From contig OZ076413.1 in the NCBI GenBank assembly GCA_964187785.1, forward strand, positions 47,742,001 to 47,806,000: a DNA stretch of 64,000 bases. Direction: 5' to 3'. A program made the position numbers and the translations under genes. Source of the stretch: Amphiscolops sp. MND2022. Its lineage: Eukaryota. The notes below the pieces were generated by a model. The model ran no database searches and was not told the DNA's origin. It was given only the letters and a program-made list of their open reading frames with translations. Below are positions 24,701 through 36,700 of the stretch, piece by piece (within the stretch, counting starts at the first letter, position 1; every line of letters begins with the position of its first letter).

Positions 24701-27700
24701 CCAACTAGTCTAAGGACGTCAGCTTGTTCTTGACACTGCGTCGGCAATCTACGCAACGCTGGGTCACGTTTGGTGGTGTCGAGACGTGCCGCTGGCACTT
24801 TGGTTGTTACGCTAAGGATACAATTTGGTCTGTCGTTTTCAGTTGATGTCGGAGTCGTTTCCCATTGCACCTGTGGGTACCATGGTATGGAACTCAAAGA
24901 CGGATCTGAGGTTAGATCCTCCTTTGGTGGCTTTTTCAAAATGTACAGCACGGGGAGTTGTGCTCGAGCTTCGGGTGGAAGCTCCGGATGGTTTGGAATG
25001 AATTTTCCATGTTTGTCAATATATGGCACAGTGGGGAGTTCTTCGTAGTCTTTCTGGGACATGAAGCTGAATCCCTTGCTCACTTCTGGTAGAGCTTCCA
25101 CAATCTTCTCCCGATGCACGTAGTCATTGGTCCTTTTGCTAAGACCGTCTGCATTTCTGTGTTGCGTGCGTGGTCTGTGGATCGTCTTGAAGTGATATTG
25201 GTCGAGGCGCGCAATCCAGCGTCCAATCATGGCCTGATCCATTGAATATGTCTTCAGCCACGAGAGAGCCTGGTTGTCCACGCGCAGCGTGAATTCCCGA
25301 CCTGCAAGGTAGGAATGAAACTTCTCGATAAAATAGAATACTGCATACATTTCCAGCTTCGGGGCGCCATAATTCATTTGTGTTCGAGTCAGTGACTTGC
25401 TGCCATAAACGATGGGACGAAGAATGGTTTTCCCATTGTATTGTTGTTCTTGGTGCAGTATGCCGGCTATAGCAACTGCACTGGCATCTGTGTCCAAAAC
25501 AAAACGTCCTTCTTCGTTTGGCGCTGCCAAAGTTGTGGCATCGGCTAATGCCTGTTTCACTGAGTCAAACGCTTCTTGATGTTTTTCTTTCCAGTAGAAG
25601 TGTTGGTTCTTCCTTAACAACTCCTGCATAGGTTGCACCTTAGCAGCGTGAAAAGGAATGAAGTCCCGGTAGTAGTTCGCAAATCCGAGGAAGCTTTGAA
25701 GTTCTTCTTTATTTCTCGGAGGCATCCATTCTTGGATTTTGCTAACAGCTGCCGGGTCTGGTTTTATGCCTTCGGTTGAGACTACCCGTCCGAGGTATTT
25801 GGTTTCAGTGCGCATGAAATCACACTTCTCGGCTCGCATCTTGAAACCTGCCTCTCTGAGACACTCGAACACTTCTCTGATCCTCTCCAAATGATCTTCA
25901 ATTGTTTCGGTGGCAATTACTATGTCGTCAATGTATGCCATGACAACACTTCCATGGCGTTGTTGAATCTTCTGAAGAGCTCTCGTGATCGACCGCTGAA
26001 ATGTGGCCGATGCATTGCAAAGCCCAAAGGGCATTCGTCGCCATTCGAACAGTCCAAGTTCACACGCGAACGCGGTCTTTCTGCGGTCACGTTTCTTCAG
26101 TGGAATCTGCCAAAAGGCCCACGCTAAGTCGATGCTGGTGAAGATTTTTGCATTCGCGATCCTTGAAAGACTTTCATCAATCCTGGGCAGTGGGAACGCG
26201 TCTTTCACTGTTACATCGTTCAGCGGGCGGAAGTCACAGCAAAAGCGAAGCTCGCCTGATTTCTTTTTCACCATGACAATCCCACTAGCCCACGGCGAGT
26301 AAGAGGGTTGAATCAAACCTAGAGCTAACAAATTCTGCACTTCTTGGTTTGCTTTGGCTGCTTTGTCGGGAGACATGCGCCTTGCCCCTTCTCTGTGTGG
26401 TATAGCCTCCGGCTCTAGCTCTATGCGATGTTTTGCAATTCTGCATCGTCCTATGTCGGATTTATTTTTCATGAACAGGTCATCGTATTCACTCAAAACG
26501 CTCGCTAATTTGTCTCTCGCCCCTTCCCCCCAAGAAGAAAGGACGGAAGAGAGGTCGGGGCCTGGGATTGGCTTCAGCAATTGTGGATCTGTCCTTCTGC
26601 GTTTTTCATTTTCCGATAGTCCAATCTCTGACGGCTCAGTTGAAGACAAAAAGTTCTGTGCAAAGGAACTAAACTCTGAACTCGTGTCCAAATCTAAGTC
26701 TCTGTGCACTTGATTCACAAATTCGGCTGAAAGCTTCGAAGCTTCACGACTGTCTTGAATGGGAACGGAGTTGAACACAAAATTGGTGAGCACCGCTTTC
26801 CCAACTACGGTTTGTTCCTTGATTCTTACCCCTTCTTTAGCAGTTTGGTTTCTTAGGGCTAAAAAAACTACACCGTCTTCTCCCACGGAAGTAAGTGTAT
26901 CTTCTGAATCAAACAGTGAGTTGGACCTAATGCTACATGGGTGCACCATTACGTTACGAAAATGAAACTCGTTGGGCTGCTGCGTTATGATCTTCGCGCG
27001 CACAACTTTTCGTTCGAAAGGCCCCAAAGTAACCTCTTCGGCAGAAACAACAAACGATGGCTCTTGGTCACTGACTTCATGAACTGCTTTGAAGATCCTA
27101 GGCGTTTTCGGGTTTCGGATGGTTACTTTCATGGCAGCCAGGTCCACCAACACGTTGTATGTGCGCAAGAAGTTCCGACCCAGGAGAAAATCCTCTGAAC
27201 CAATGTGATCGGCTATGACTACAAAGTTGGTCTTCAGAGTATGTCCGCCAAGCTGAAAGCTTACGTCTTCGGCTATTCCAACGGTGGTGATGGTCTTGCC
27301 ATTGGCAGCGAAGAGTTCAAGATCGTACGGTGACAGGTTCAGTTCATGCTGGGGCGCAATTTTCTTGTACGCGCTCAATGAGAGGATGGAGACTCCCGAA
27401 CCGGTGTCTATCATGCCGAAGAGTGGTATCGGCTTTTGCAAAGGAGTTCCGAATGCAACAACTAGCGAGGCTCGCTCATCAATCTGGGCCTCTCCATGTG
27501 CATCCTGCACTCCGATGTTATAACAGCGCAGTTCTTGCCTGCCCAAGTACAGTCCCTGCGGAAAGTGTCCTTCCAGGACAACAATCGCGTCGAATTTCAT
27601 GTCGACACCATCAATCGTGATAGCAATGGGGACCGGCGCGATTGTTTTAACTTTGTGTATTTGGGCTAGCTTGGTATCGTCATCTCTAGTAAAATGCGGT

Positions 27701-30700
27701 AAGGGTCTCGAAGCTATCGTGAGACTGGTATTGCGGCAAAGTTCCTCTTTTAGTTGTGCCAACGTGAGGTTTGGACGTGCTTTTTGTTCTGCTGATAATA
27801 GCAAGTGGATAGAAATTAAAGTCTCAGTACAATCAGGTGCTGGGGCTTCAAGCGTCGTCAAGATTTGTTTTTCACCGCAAGTCACAACCACAGGACGTGA
27901 GGGGCCTCCTTCTTCTGAAATTGAGATCACCCGTATTTGATCATCAGTATCAATAATGTCCGCGGAATTCGCGACAGGGGCGTACCACGCCGCTTTCACT
28001 TGTTCTTCTGTTGCTGCATTTCCAGGCACCATGCAGTCGGATGCAGTGTTGCCCGTGCAATCAAAAGTGACGCGTAGTGTGGGCGGTGCTTGTGCTGGTA
28101 GTGCCGCAGGCACAACGTCGTTATTGATGCCCTGAGAGTTAGAAGGACAAGACCATTCACCAGCTGGGTTTGTTCGACATGAGGTAACTAGTTGAGGCAT
28201 TGGTTTGCGTGCGCGATCTTTCAAAGTGCAATTGACAACAAAATGTGACGGGTCGCCACAATTGACACACGCTCTAGATGGCTTCGGTGGTTGCTGTCGA
28301 ACAGCCACTGGCTGTGGAGGTAGCTGCCCATTAGGCGCTTGAGGAGCCGCTGCCGGTATCGGGTTTTGGTGGCTAGCAAGTAACGGCTCTTGGTGTTGCT
28401 GAGGCGCTGGATAGTTCTCAGAGCGGATGGGGCCGCGCATATGCAAGTATTGTTGTACCGTGAACCGTAGTGCTTCCACTGTTGGAGGTGTATCCACGTA
28501 CTGTTCTTGTGCGTACATGAGTGCGAGATTTCGCTTCAACTCAAAGCTGCCTACCCCTTCAATGAACCTCTGCATGATTTCGTAACGCCTTACAGTAACG
28601 TCCTCGTTAGGAAAACCTTGGCTGCGCAAACCTTCAAGAGCGTCAAGATATTGCATATAGTCTTCGTTGTCGGACTGATTGCGTGTACGGAACTGCTGTT
28701 GTATTTGGAACTTACTAGATCCGGTTCCAAATCGACGCGCTAGTAGCGCAAAGACTTTTTCATCCGTGTCGCGCTCAGCCTCGGATTTGTTCATGATGTA
28801 GTCTTGTGCCTCATTCTCTAAGAATTCCACGATGGTCCATGCTCTGTCCAGCGAAGTATCCTTTGAGTGGGCTTTTTCCAGATAACGTTTCATGAGCATT
28901 AGCCAACCATCTATTATCCCGTCGCGCGTACCGCGGTATTTGGTTGGTGTATTTTTGGCTTCTTTTGCTGCTAGCAATGGTTCCAAACCTTTGGACATCG
29001 CGGTTGTTATCGCTTCGGCTAACGTTTGCCCATGTATCGTGTTCGGTGTATTGCCTTTTGCAGCCTCTTCTACTGTCTCTGGATTCAAGTTTCTTTGGTC
29101 GAGCTTCGTCCTGCTCTGGTGCTGAACTATTTCTCTATTGGTGGGTTGCTGAATTGAAGATGCATTATCAGATGGTGCGTTCGCAGGATTTAGTGCCACC
29201 GGCACAGGTGAAGGACGACTTGGTATCGTCGCCACTACAGCTTTTACCCCTAGGGTCAACTCTTGAACTGTAGTCATGAGGTCCACCATGCGCTTGTCGA
29301 CATCTAAGTCTCTGCGATGCATAGTTTCGGAAATGAGCGTCAGTCGTTCATCGGCTTGTTGATCTCTTTGCGCCATTATCGCAGTCATTTCCGATATGAG
29401 CTTTTCAGTTAAACTCTTGACTGATGTGATTGAGGTTTCCGTTTTGTTCTGATTGATGTACCCTTCCGTCTTGTTAGCAACGGCGTTTCTACTAGCAGCA
29501 AACACAGGAACTCCGGAACCCAGCGGGTCCACATCCAGACTCATTTGTGGTGTAATCTCTCCGAAGGCCGTGCCTGCATTCATGTTCTCTACCCATTTAC
29601 TGATGTCCGAGCTTTTAGCTTGTTCTCCATTCGAATTTGGCCAATCTCCCCAATCAATCGCAGAGTTGTTCATGGGAGGCCAGACGTTACCACAGTTCAT
29701 GGCAGTGCCATTTACAAAGTTAGCGCTATCGGAAGATGCCCGAGAGTGGTTTAGTTGGCTGAAGAATGCCATTTGCGAGTTTTGATCAGCGATGGACACA
29801 TTATCCGACATGACGTCGTATAAAAACATGTTTGCAATCATGTCATCCGCTGTTATCTCAGCACGTGCACTAAGCCTAGATAACTCCTCTACATCGCTTG
29901 CAAATGGATTCGTAGCGTGGAAGCCACTAGACTGCCTGTTCGACTCATTTAAAGACTTCAGATACTCAATCTCGCCTGATTTCATGCTCGATGGACTGCT
30001 CTGACTACTGTTTCCTCTGGTAACCCAGCTTTTGAACAGGGCTTTGGCTTTTTTCATTACTCACTCTATCCTTCTTTGTGCAAAGTCAAACGCAAGACAA
30101 ATAAAAATAGGAAGTTTTTAATGTACTTCCTCACTATGGTTTAAACTAAACTATGGGACCACTACGTTCTTGAGCTTGCAGCTCGCAATTGCCTACTAGG
30201 TTCTACGTAGAATGAAGTTGGCCTGCAAACTACAATCTTCAGATTACATGCACTGGTGCTAGTCACCACTAATCAGAACAGAAAGGTTTGCTACCCCACT
30301 AACTGGAGATAGTTATCCTACGAAAAGTTAAAGATGAGTCTTTTAAGTTTTTTTTTTTTGAAGTACTATTAGAGGTTACTCACACTAAACTACGCTTTAT
30401 CCAGCCACAGGCTATGCGGTTGGAATGAACAGAAAAATTTTGGCACGCTAACAGAGCTTTATGGAGATTTATTCAAGAAATCTCCGCACTTTATTCTGTG
30501 AGCGCACTCTATGTCACTCGCACTGCCCTTTATGAGGAGAGCACAAGTAGGGTTACTACAAAAAGGGAACTCAGGGAATAGACCTTGAGGGTGAGTAGGT
30601 GCTAGGACACTAGCCAACAAGAGAGTTGTACTAATCTGATCGTAGCACAATCAATGGAAACACAGTTCTTCACACTTTCAGATGCTACTGTACTTGATGT

Positions 30701-33700
30701 TCTTTTGCAAGACGCAGCGCGTCCAAAGTCTTAGTCTCCTAGGAAACTCTTAAATGCGTTCTGGCTCTCACACGCTGCCTCTCAGTCGAAGTGTGCGCGG
30801 CAATAACTATCAGTTCGCACTTAGGTGACTCTGGTGGCTGTTGGTAGAGAAAACACGATTTTGTGGTTTTTCACTTCTAAGTCTCGTAGACAATTTTTCC
30901 ACGAACCCAAGATCTTAGGGTTGAGCTAGCCCTATACTGATTGCCTCGGCAGGACGTGCTATGGGTGCCTGGTGTAGAATTAGGGTCTTTTGAGCCCTCA
31001 CTCGCAACTACACTTACGAAAATTATGCGAATTTTCGCAAAATTCCTCAAAATCGGCAATTTTTTCACCAAAGTGCACGCCTGGGGATGGTGGAAATCAC
31101 TTCTAGGGCTAGTAGCGACCTGAAAATTTAACACGGTATACTACAGTGGCTAAATCGTGGGAAACTAACCGCCGATTGCGCCAAATTTGTTTCCTCGTGA
31201 CTCAGGGTCGCTCACCAATGTTACTTGAAAAATCGACTATGTTGCGAAATTCGCACAAGTCTGTCAAACTCGCCTTCCAGGCTTCCTAGCTACTTGAAAT
31301 TTTGTATGCGAGCGTGAATTATGCCCACGTAACAGAAAAACAATATAGCGGGGTTCCCAGGTCGATATTTGGCAATCCGAGTTGACAAAACTTATGTACC
31401 CTATATGTCACTTTCAGGGGTCAAAATTCACAAAATTGTCAATTTCTCCAAGTTGGACAGTAGCAAGCTGCTCAAAATGCACAAATCGTCGGGATCTAGC
31501 GCCGTATATACGAAAATGCAAGAATTTTAGTGCTGGGATACCTGCAAGGTATTGCACTATGCTCAACTAAAATTCGGTTTTTTCGACATTTTCATACGGT
31601 TTTCGAGCAAAACTGCGGCTAAGATTTCTCAATCACTAGTAATGGTAGCGCTACGAAATTTACACCACTAATGTAACTTTTTGCGGTCTACACGATGGTG
31701 CAATCCGTTTTGGGCTACTCTTGCTAGGAGAGATTTCGACCTGTCTTGGGGACACTACTCCAGTGTTCCGATAATGTCGCAAAAATAACACGTTTTTGGC
31801 TATATCTCGACAACTACTGGTTGGAATCACTCGCGGTTTTCTGCGCTGGCAACGTTATGCTCTATATTAATAGAAAATAGGCAAGCGAAACCTGGCAGGT
31901 TCCAAATAAGGTCTCTCAAAATTGACTTTAAGTTACACCTTTGACACTCTGGGAACACTTATGAAAAACACGTATTTTCCCTAGGAACTTTTTATTCTTC
32001 GGTTCCCAGAGGTTCGGGATGATTTTAATAGTACAGTAGGAAGGTGTAACTACTTTATTTAGGGGACTGGGGTTCTTTCAATTATTACTTTTGATGTTAT
32101 AACTCTCAGGTCTATGGGGTCCTCTACTCAGGTCTATGTATAACAAAAGAAAATCAGGGGTTAAAGTTTCAATTTATATTGGGGGCTGCTAAAAATTGTC
32201 TTGGCAGTAATGTCTCGTACCACCAAGCTCGGGAACAACGTTTTTGGGGCGGTCTAAAAGCTTGGGAACAAGCGCCCAAGGCTTCGCCCTCACCAAATTT
32301 GGTATTTTTGGCCAAATTTGATGTTTTCTCAATAAAAATCGCTAAATTTTTTGATGTTTCAGTAATTTAGCCAAACAAATTTTTCTGTTCCTGACCTACC
32401 AGGTCTGATGGAACGTTTTTATCGTATTCCCACTGGCCGTACACAGTTCTACAAAATTTTGACTTTTTAAAACTGTAAAATCGATATTTGAGCTATATAG
32501 AGTGTTATTTTCAAGGTTTTCGCACTCAAATTTTTTAAAAACCGGTCCGAACACCCGCTGGGTATTTTTCTCAGTTAGTTTATGTGGGAATAGGCCTGGG
32601 AAAATGCTGTTTGGGCTGCTAAATACAAGGGGAACGAAATAACCCAGCTATCGTCGTAGAATCGGCAGCAGGGAGGGAGGTAGAGGCTATGACGTGAAGT
32701 ACCTGACGTCTGTCACTCAGCTAGCTGGGGCCTTCACGAACCGTCCTCCTGGTCCCCATACATTGCCAATTTACTGAAATAGAGCTACAAAACCCTTTAA
32801 AACCAGTTCCGGATAGGCCGGATTCACTTTTTCAATAGGTATTCTCAAAATACAAGGGGTACACCGTCTGAAATCGTCGATTTTCGGTTCCAGACCTCGG
32901 AAATACGCAGGAAACGCAGGAAAAACACTAGTACAAGGCCCACAGGGCTAGAATAAGGCAATAAAAACAATCTAGGACTCACCAGCAAATTTCCTAGGTC
33001 CGGACCTAACAGGGCCGGAAAGCAGGAAAAACTCCTAATTATGGCGAAAAGATGGAAAAGGTCCCTTGTGGGGCGCCATAAAAACTATCCTAGATGTAAC
33101 GTCAAGCTAACAGCTACATTCTAGAACTGGGACAATGCCCAGGTTGCTTGAACAAGAGACCAGTGCCTTACTACAACCTAAACATCAGTTTTTAGTCCCA
33201 AAATGGTCTCAGTAGGGACTTTTCCAAAACGCCGTGGAGACTCCTCATATTAGAGCTCCGTGGCGACGTGCCGGCACGCTCCAAGTCCGGACACGTCCCA
33301 CAAGCCTGTAAAAACAATTCCTAATGTTCCTGCGTGTTCCTACATACCTCCGAGGTCCAAAAACAGGGTCTAGCTGAAACACATTTTATTGGGGGAATAA
33401 GTTCTAAATCCACCAAAATGGGGATCTAGTAGATCCACTATCATCGCAAATCTGCTAAACAACATCAAAAACATCTAAATAAACTGAATTTATCACATTC
33501 GGGGTTTGTATCCAGTCTTCAGGATTCTTTGGGCAACCTTCGAAAAGATACTTCTTTCTTCTGGGTCATTTTCTGGGATAGATGGCACAAAACCGCGTTT
33601 TTGTGGCAGTTCTCAGTTCTTCTGGGGTCTCTGGCACTGTCCTCTGGGATTTCGAGGGTTTTTTCGGGGTTCTCCGGCTTTTTTCGGCTCTTTTTTGTCC

Positions 33701-36700
33701 TTTTTTAAGGACCTGCTAGGTCGGCCATTTTGAATGCTCTTATTTGATATCGCACACTTTTTGAATTTGAACGAAATTTTCAAAAATTGATATAACGACT
33801 TTTGCTGGACGTTACAGAACAAAAAAGGAAGCGGAAATTTTCCAGTTAATCAATGGATATAGCTTGGAAACGAAAGTATTGTAGAGAAGATTTCAATAGA
33901 ATTCTGTATCGAAACTCCTTCAACAACTGATGTTTTTCAAAGGTCTGATGGTAAACAAAGAGGAAAAGGAAATTGTCATGCAATATTGTTTTTAGTTGGC
34001 CCAATAAAAACTGCCCGACTATGAAAGTGACTAGACGATTTTTCACCTCTAAGCGGGCGCTGACTTCAGCCGTTCCAGTCTTAGTCATTTCTTATTTACA
34101 TTTTTAGAGAATTCAGGTGACTTACATAATCAAGAGAAGGTGAGATTGTGTGGGTCGGGAACGCTTGCCAGTTAAGTCCCTCTTCAAACACATAGGGCGA
34201 TGTGGGAGGGTACAAAGCGGCAAGAAATGAGTTGGCACTCATGATACATCTGTCAACATGTGAACTGATGACCTTGATCTCAGTTGGGTACACCACGTCT
34301 GACAACAACCCTGGGTACCACAGTTCTCGGAACGATTTACCATTAGCGTACCATTGAGCCTCGCCGGTAGGTGACAGGTATCCTAATCCCTGGGGCCACT
34401 TGTCAAGGTTGGGATTGTCTGGGTACACCCATATGGGAGCTCTATCTCCATGTCTGCAAATCTGGAAAAGAAATATCAGATTCATTTGGAAACAATAGCA
34501 GAGCTAGTGGAATCACCACTTTTTGGAATGATTTCCATGCAATTGTTGTTACCAAAACATTTTCTGGTTTATATATACACAATCTGATCGTTTTCTACCC
34601 AATGTGTCTCGTCTTTTCATTTCGATCTCAAGAAGTGTCGAAAAACTCCCATTGTGCAAACGTTTGATGGGAAATTGACGTTTTGTATGTTTCTGGTGAT
34701 AGGATGATAAATATAAGTAGTGGACGAAGCCTTGTTCATGGATGCACTTAGTGAACCAAAAAAAACGGAATGCACAAAATATTTTTTGTAAATAAGACAC
34801 TGAAACTCTTCGACTTTCTCAATCTTATTACATAATCAAATCTTCAACAAAGAATGACGCGAACCTTCAGAAGAAGTCTACACTACCTTACCAGTCATTT
34901 TGTTCACACTTTTAATGTGTGAAAGTTCATTTGCTTCGAAGAAAAGAACGAATGACTGACAAGCTTAATTACAATGTTCAGAGTTGTCATTTTCCTCTGC
35001 TAATGTCTCCATCGACGACAGTCGGAAAATCCCATATAACGTTCCAAAGAATGTCTTTTTCAAAAATTTTAACACCAAAAGAAACCAACCATAGCTATTG
35101 GCGATTCAATGTAAGTTTGAGTTGCGACAAAAATTGCTTTTTCATTTCAAGGCGTCAGAAGGTTTCCATTGTCTAATTGATCATACCACAGCAACAAAGT
35201 TTAGAGTTCTTGATAACGTCTATCGCAATGAATCAATTCTTCTTGATAGCTAAATTGTTTTGTGGCCTACACTGTTTAACGTGTTCACGAATCAAGTGTT
35301 TTAGAAGTTTGAGATTTCTTTTAATTCGGCGGGTTCGCTTGTTTTTCTCATTTGAATTATATCCAGTTGAGATGAGAAAATTCACAACAAAAAACGAGAG
35401 CATATCCACGCTTTCATTGCATTTTGGTTTTCGAGAACGCAGGCACGAGATGTTCAAAGAATTTCGCGGTGAGTCGGCGTCATGAAGTGAGACATTATTG
35501 TTAAGACTCAAATGAAAACTCAGACTATCTGTTTCGATCGTCGAATGAGTCGTTTGAGTCGAGTAGATTGAAGTTGAAGACCACTCTTTGTACACGGTAA
35601 TTACCCATTCATGATTAAAAGTCAATATCTCAACTCCAGTTCACAACTCAAGGATCTTCCGACTAGAGAAAATAACTACTATGTTAGAATGATTTTAAAG
35701 TGCTTTGAATCTGATGTATGTTCAGAAGGGTTGAACGCAATTTCGATCTTCAAAGAATCTCTGGAATGTTGCCTGGCTGATACCCATTTGTAATATGTCG
35801 TGATCTAATGAAGCCGAGATTTTTTGACCTCTTGTGTTGTCGCCTTGATCAAAAATACTGGCCCTTTCACTGCAGGAAATAAAAACATTCTTCTGGCTGT
35901 TTCCCCTAACCAGCATTTTCATTACGAAACCGGGTTGAGCCGTTCTGGTGCTTTTTTAGATTGATCAACTAGTAAGAAAACTGTCTGACTCCTTAACCCT
36001 TGGATCTCCGTATGATTTTGCTCATTTGGTTTTCTCTTTAAGAGTTTCAAACGTCCTTCGCAAGTGCTCGAAATTGAGACTGAAAGCGACAAAAATTCCT
36101 TAAAGTTCATTTTTTTCACCAATTTATTGCCTGTTTCATCAAGGGTTTCGAAAGTCTTCCTGGAAAAAAATTTGAAAAGAAACGCACTCGTTGTCCAATA
36201 GACAGTTGTCAAGAAATGACCACATTTGTTCGACAGACCACTGCCTCAAATTGAATCAAACGAAAGAGAGAGAAAAAAACAAAATTTTCCTGTTTTTGAT
36301 AGTTTTTCATACATTTAGTGTACAATTTTGGGAAGTTTTCCTGAAATAAAGGGTTCAAAATGTTCAAGCTCGAAAGATTTCGCCATGCAGTACATCTTTT
36401 TGAAAAGAAAATTACAGTGGTTGTCGATCAAAAGCACTTCAAAACACATGAATGAAAATGTTCTCAATTAGGCGCTTTGAAGATATATCCGCATGCGTAT
36501 GTACTTAGGTCTGTATACTCTTCAAATCTACACCAAAAAGACGAAAAAATAAATTTCTCACTTTTAACTCACTTTGTGTACTTTGTGTTAAAATTGTGTT
36601 GTGTAGAGAGTTAATTAGGCTCCAAACAAAATATCTTGAAAGACTGCACGCCTGTAATGGGGAAATTGGCAGTTTTTTAGGAAGAATACCACAACGTGAC

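Larger units (their letters stand above)
19055..33816 (-). mobile_element. Full-length, apparently intact Ty3/Gypsy LTR retrotransposon B (14.76 kb)
   Basis: Two 722-bp TG...CA LTRs differing at 2 adjacent nt, single gag-pol ORF, PPT, offset PBS, flanks GAA|...|GAA. Confidence 0.97.

Noticed and set aside
21239..30004. Numerous short plus-strand ORFs opposite gag-pol B (and minus-strand ORFs opposite C)
   Set aside because: Shadow ORFs of long coding sequence with no recognisable motifs.
35233..36212. Coding-like minus-strand fragments in intron 1
   Set aside because: Multiple stops and no recognisable domain; possibly an old TE relic, but unsupported.
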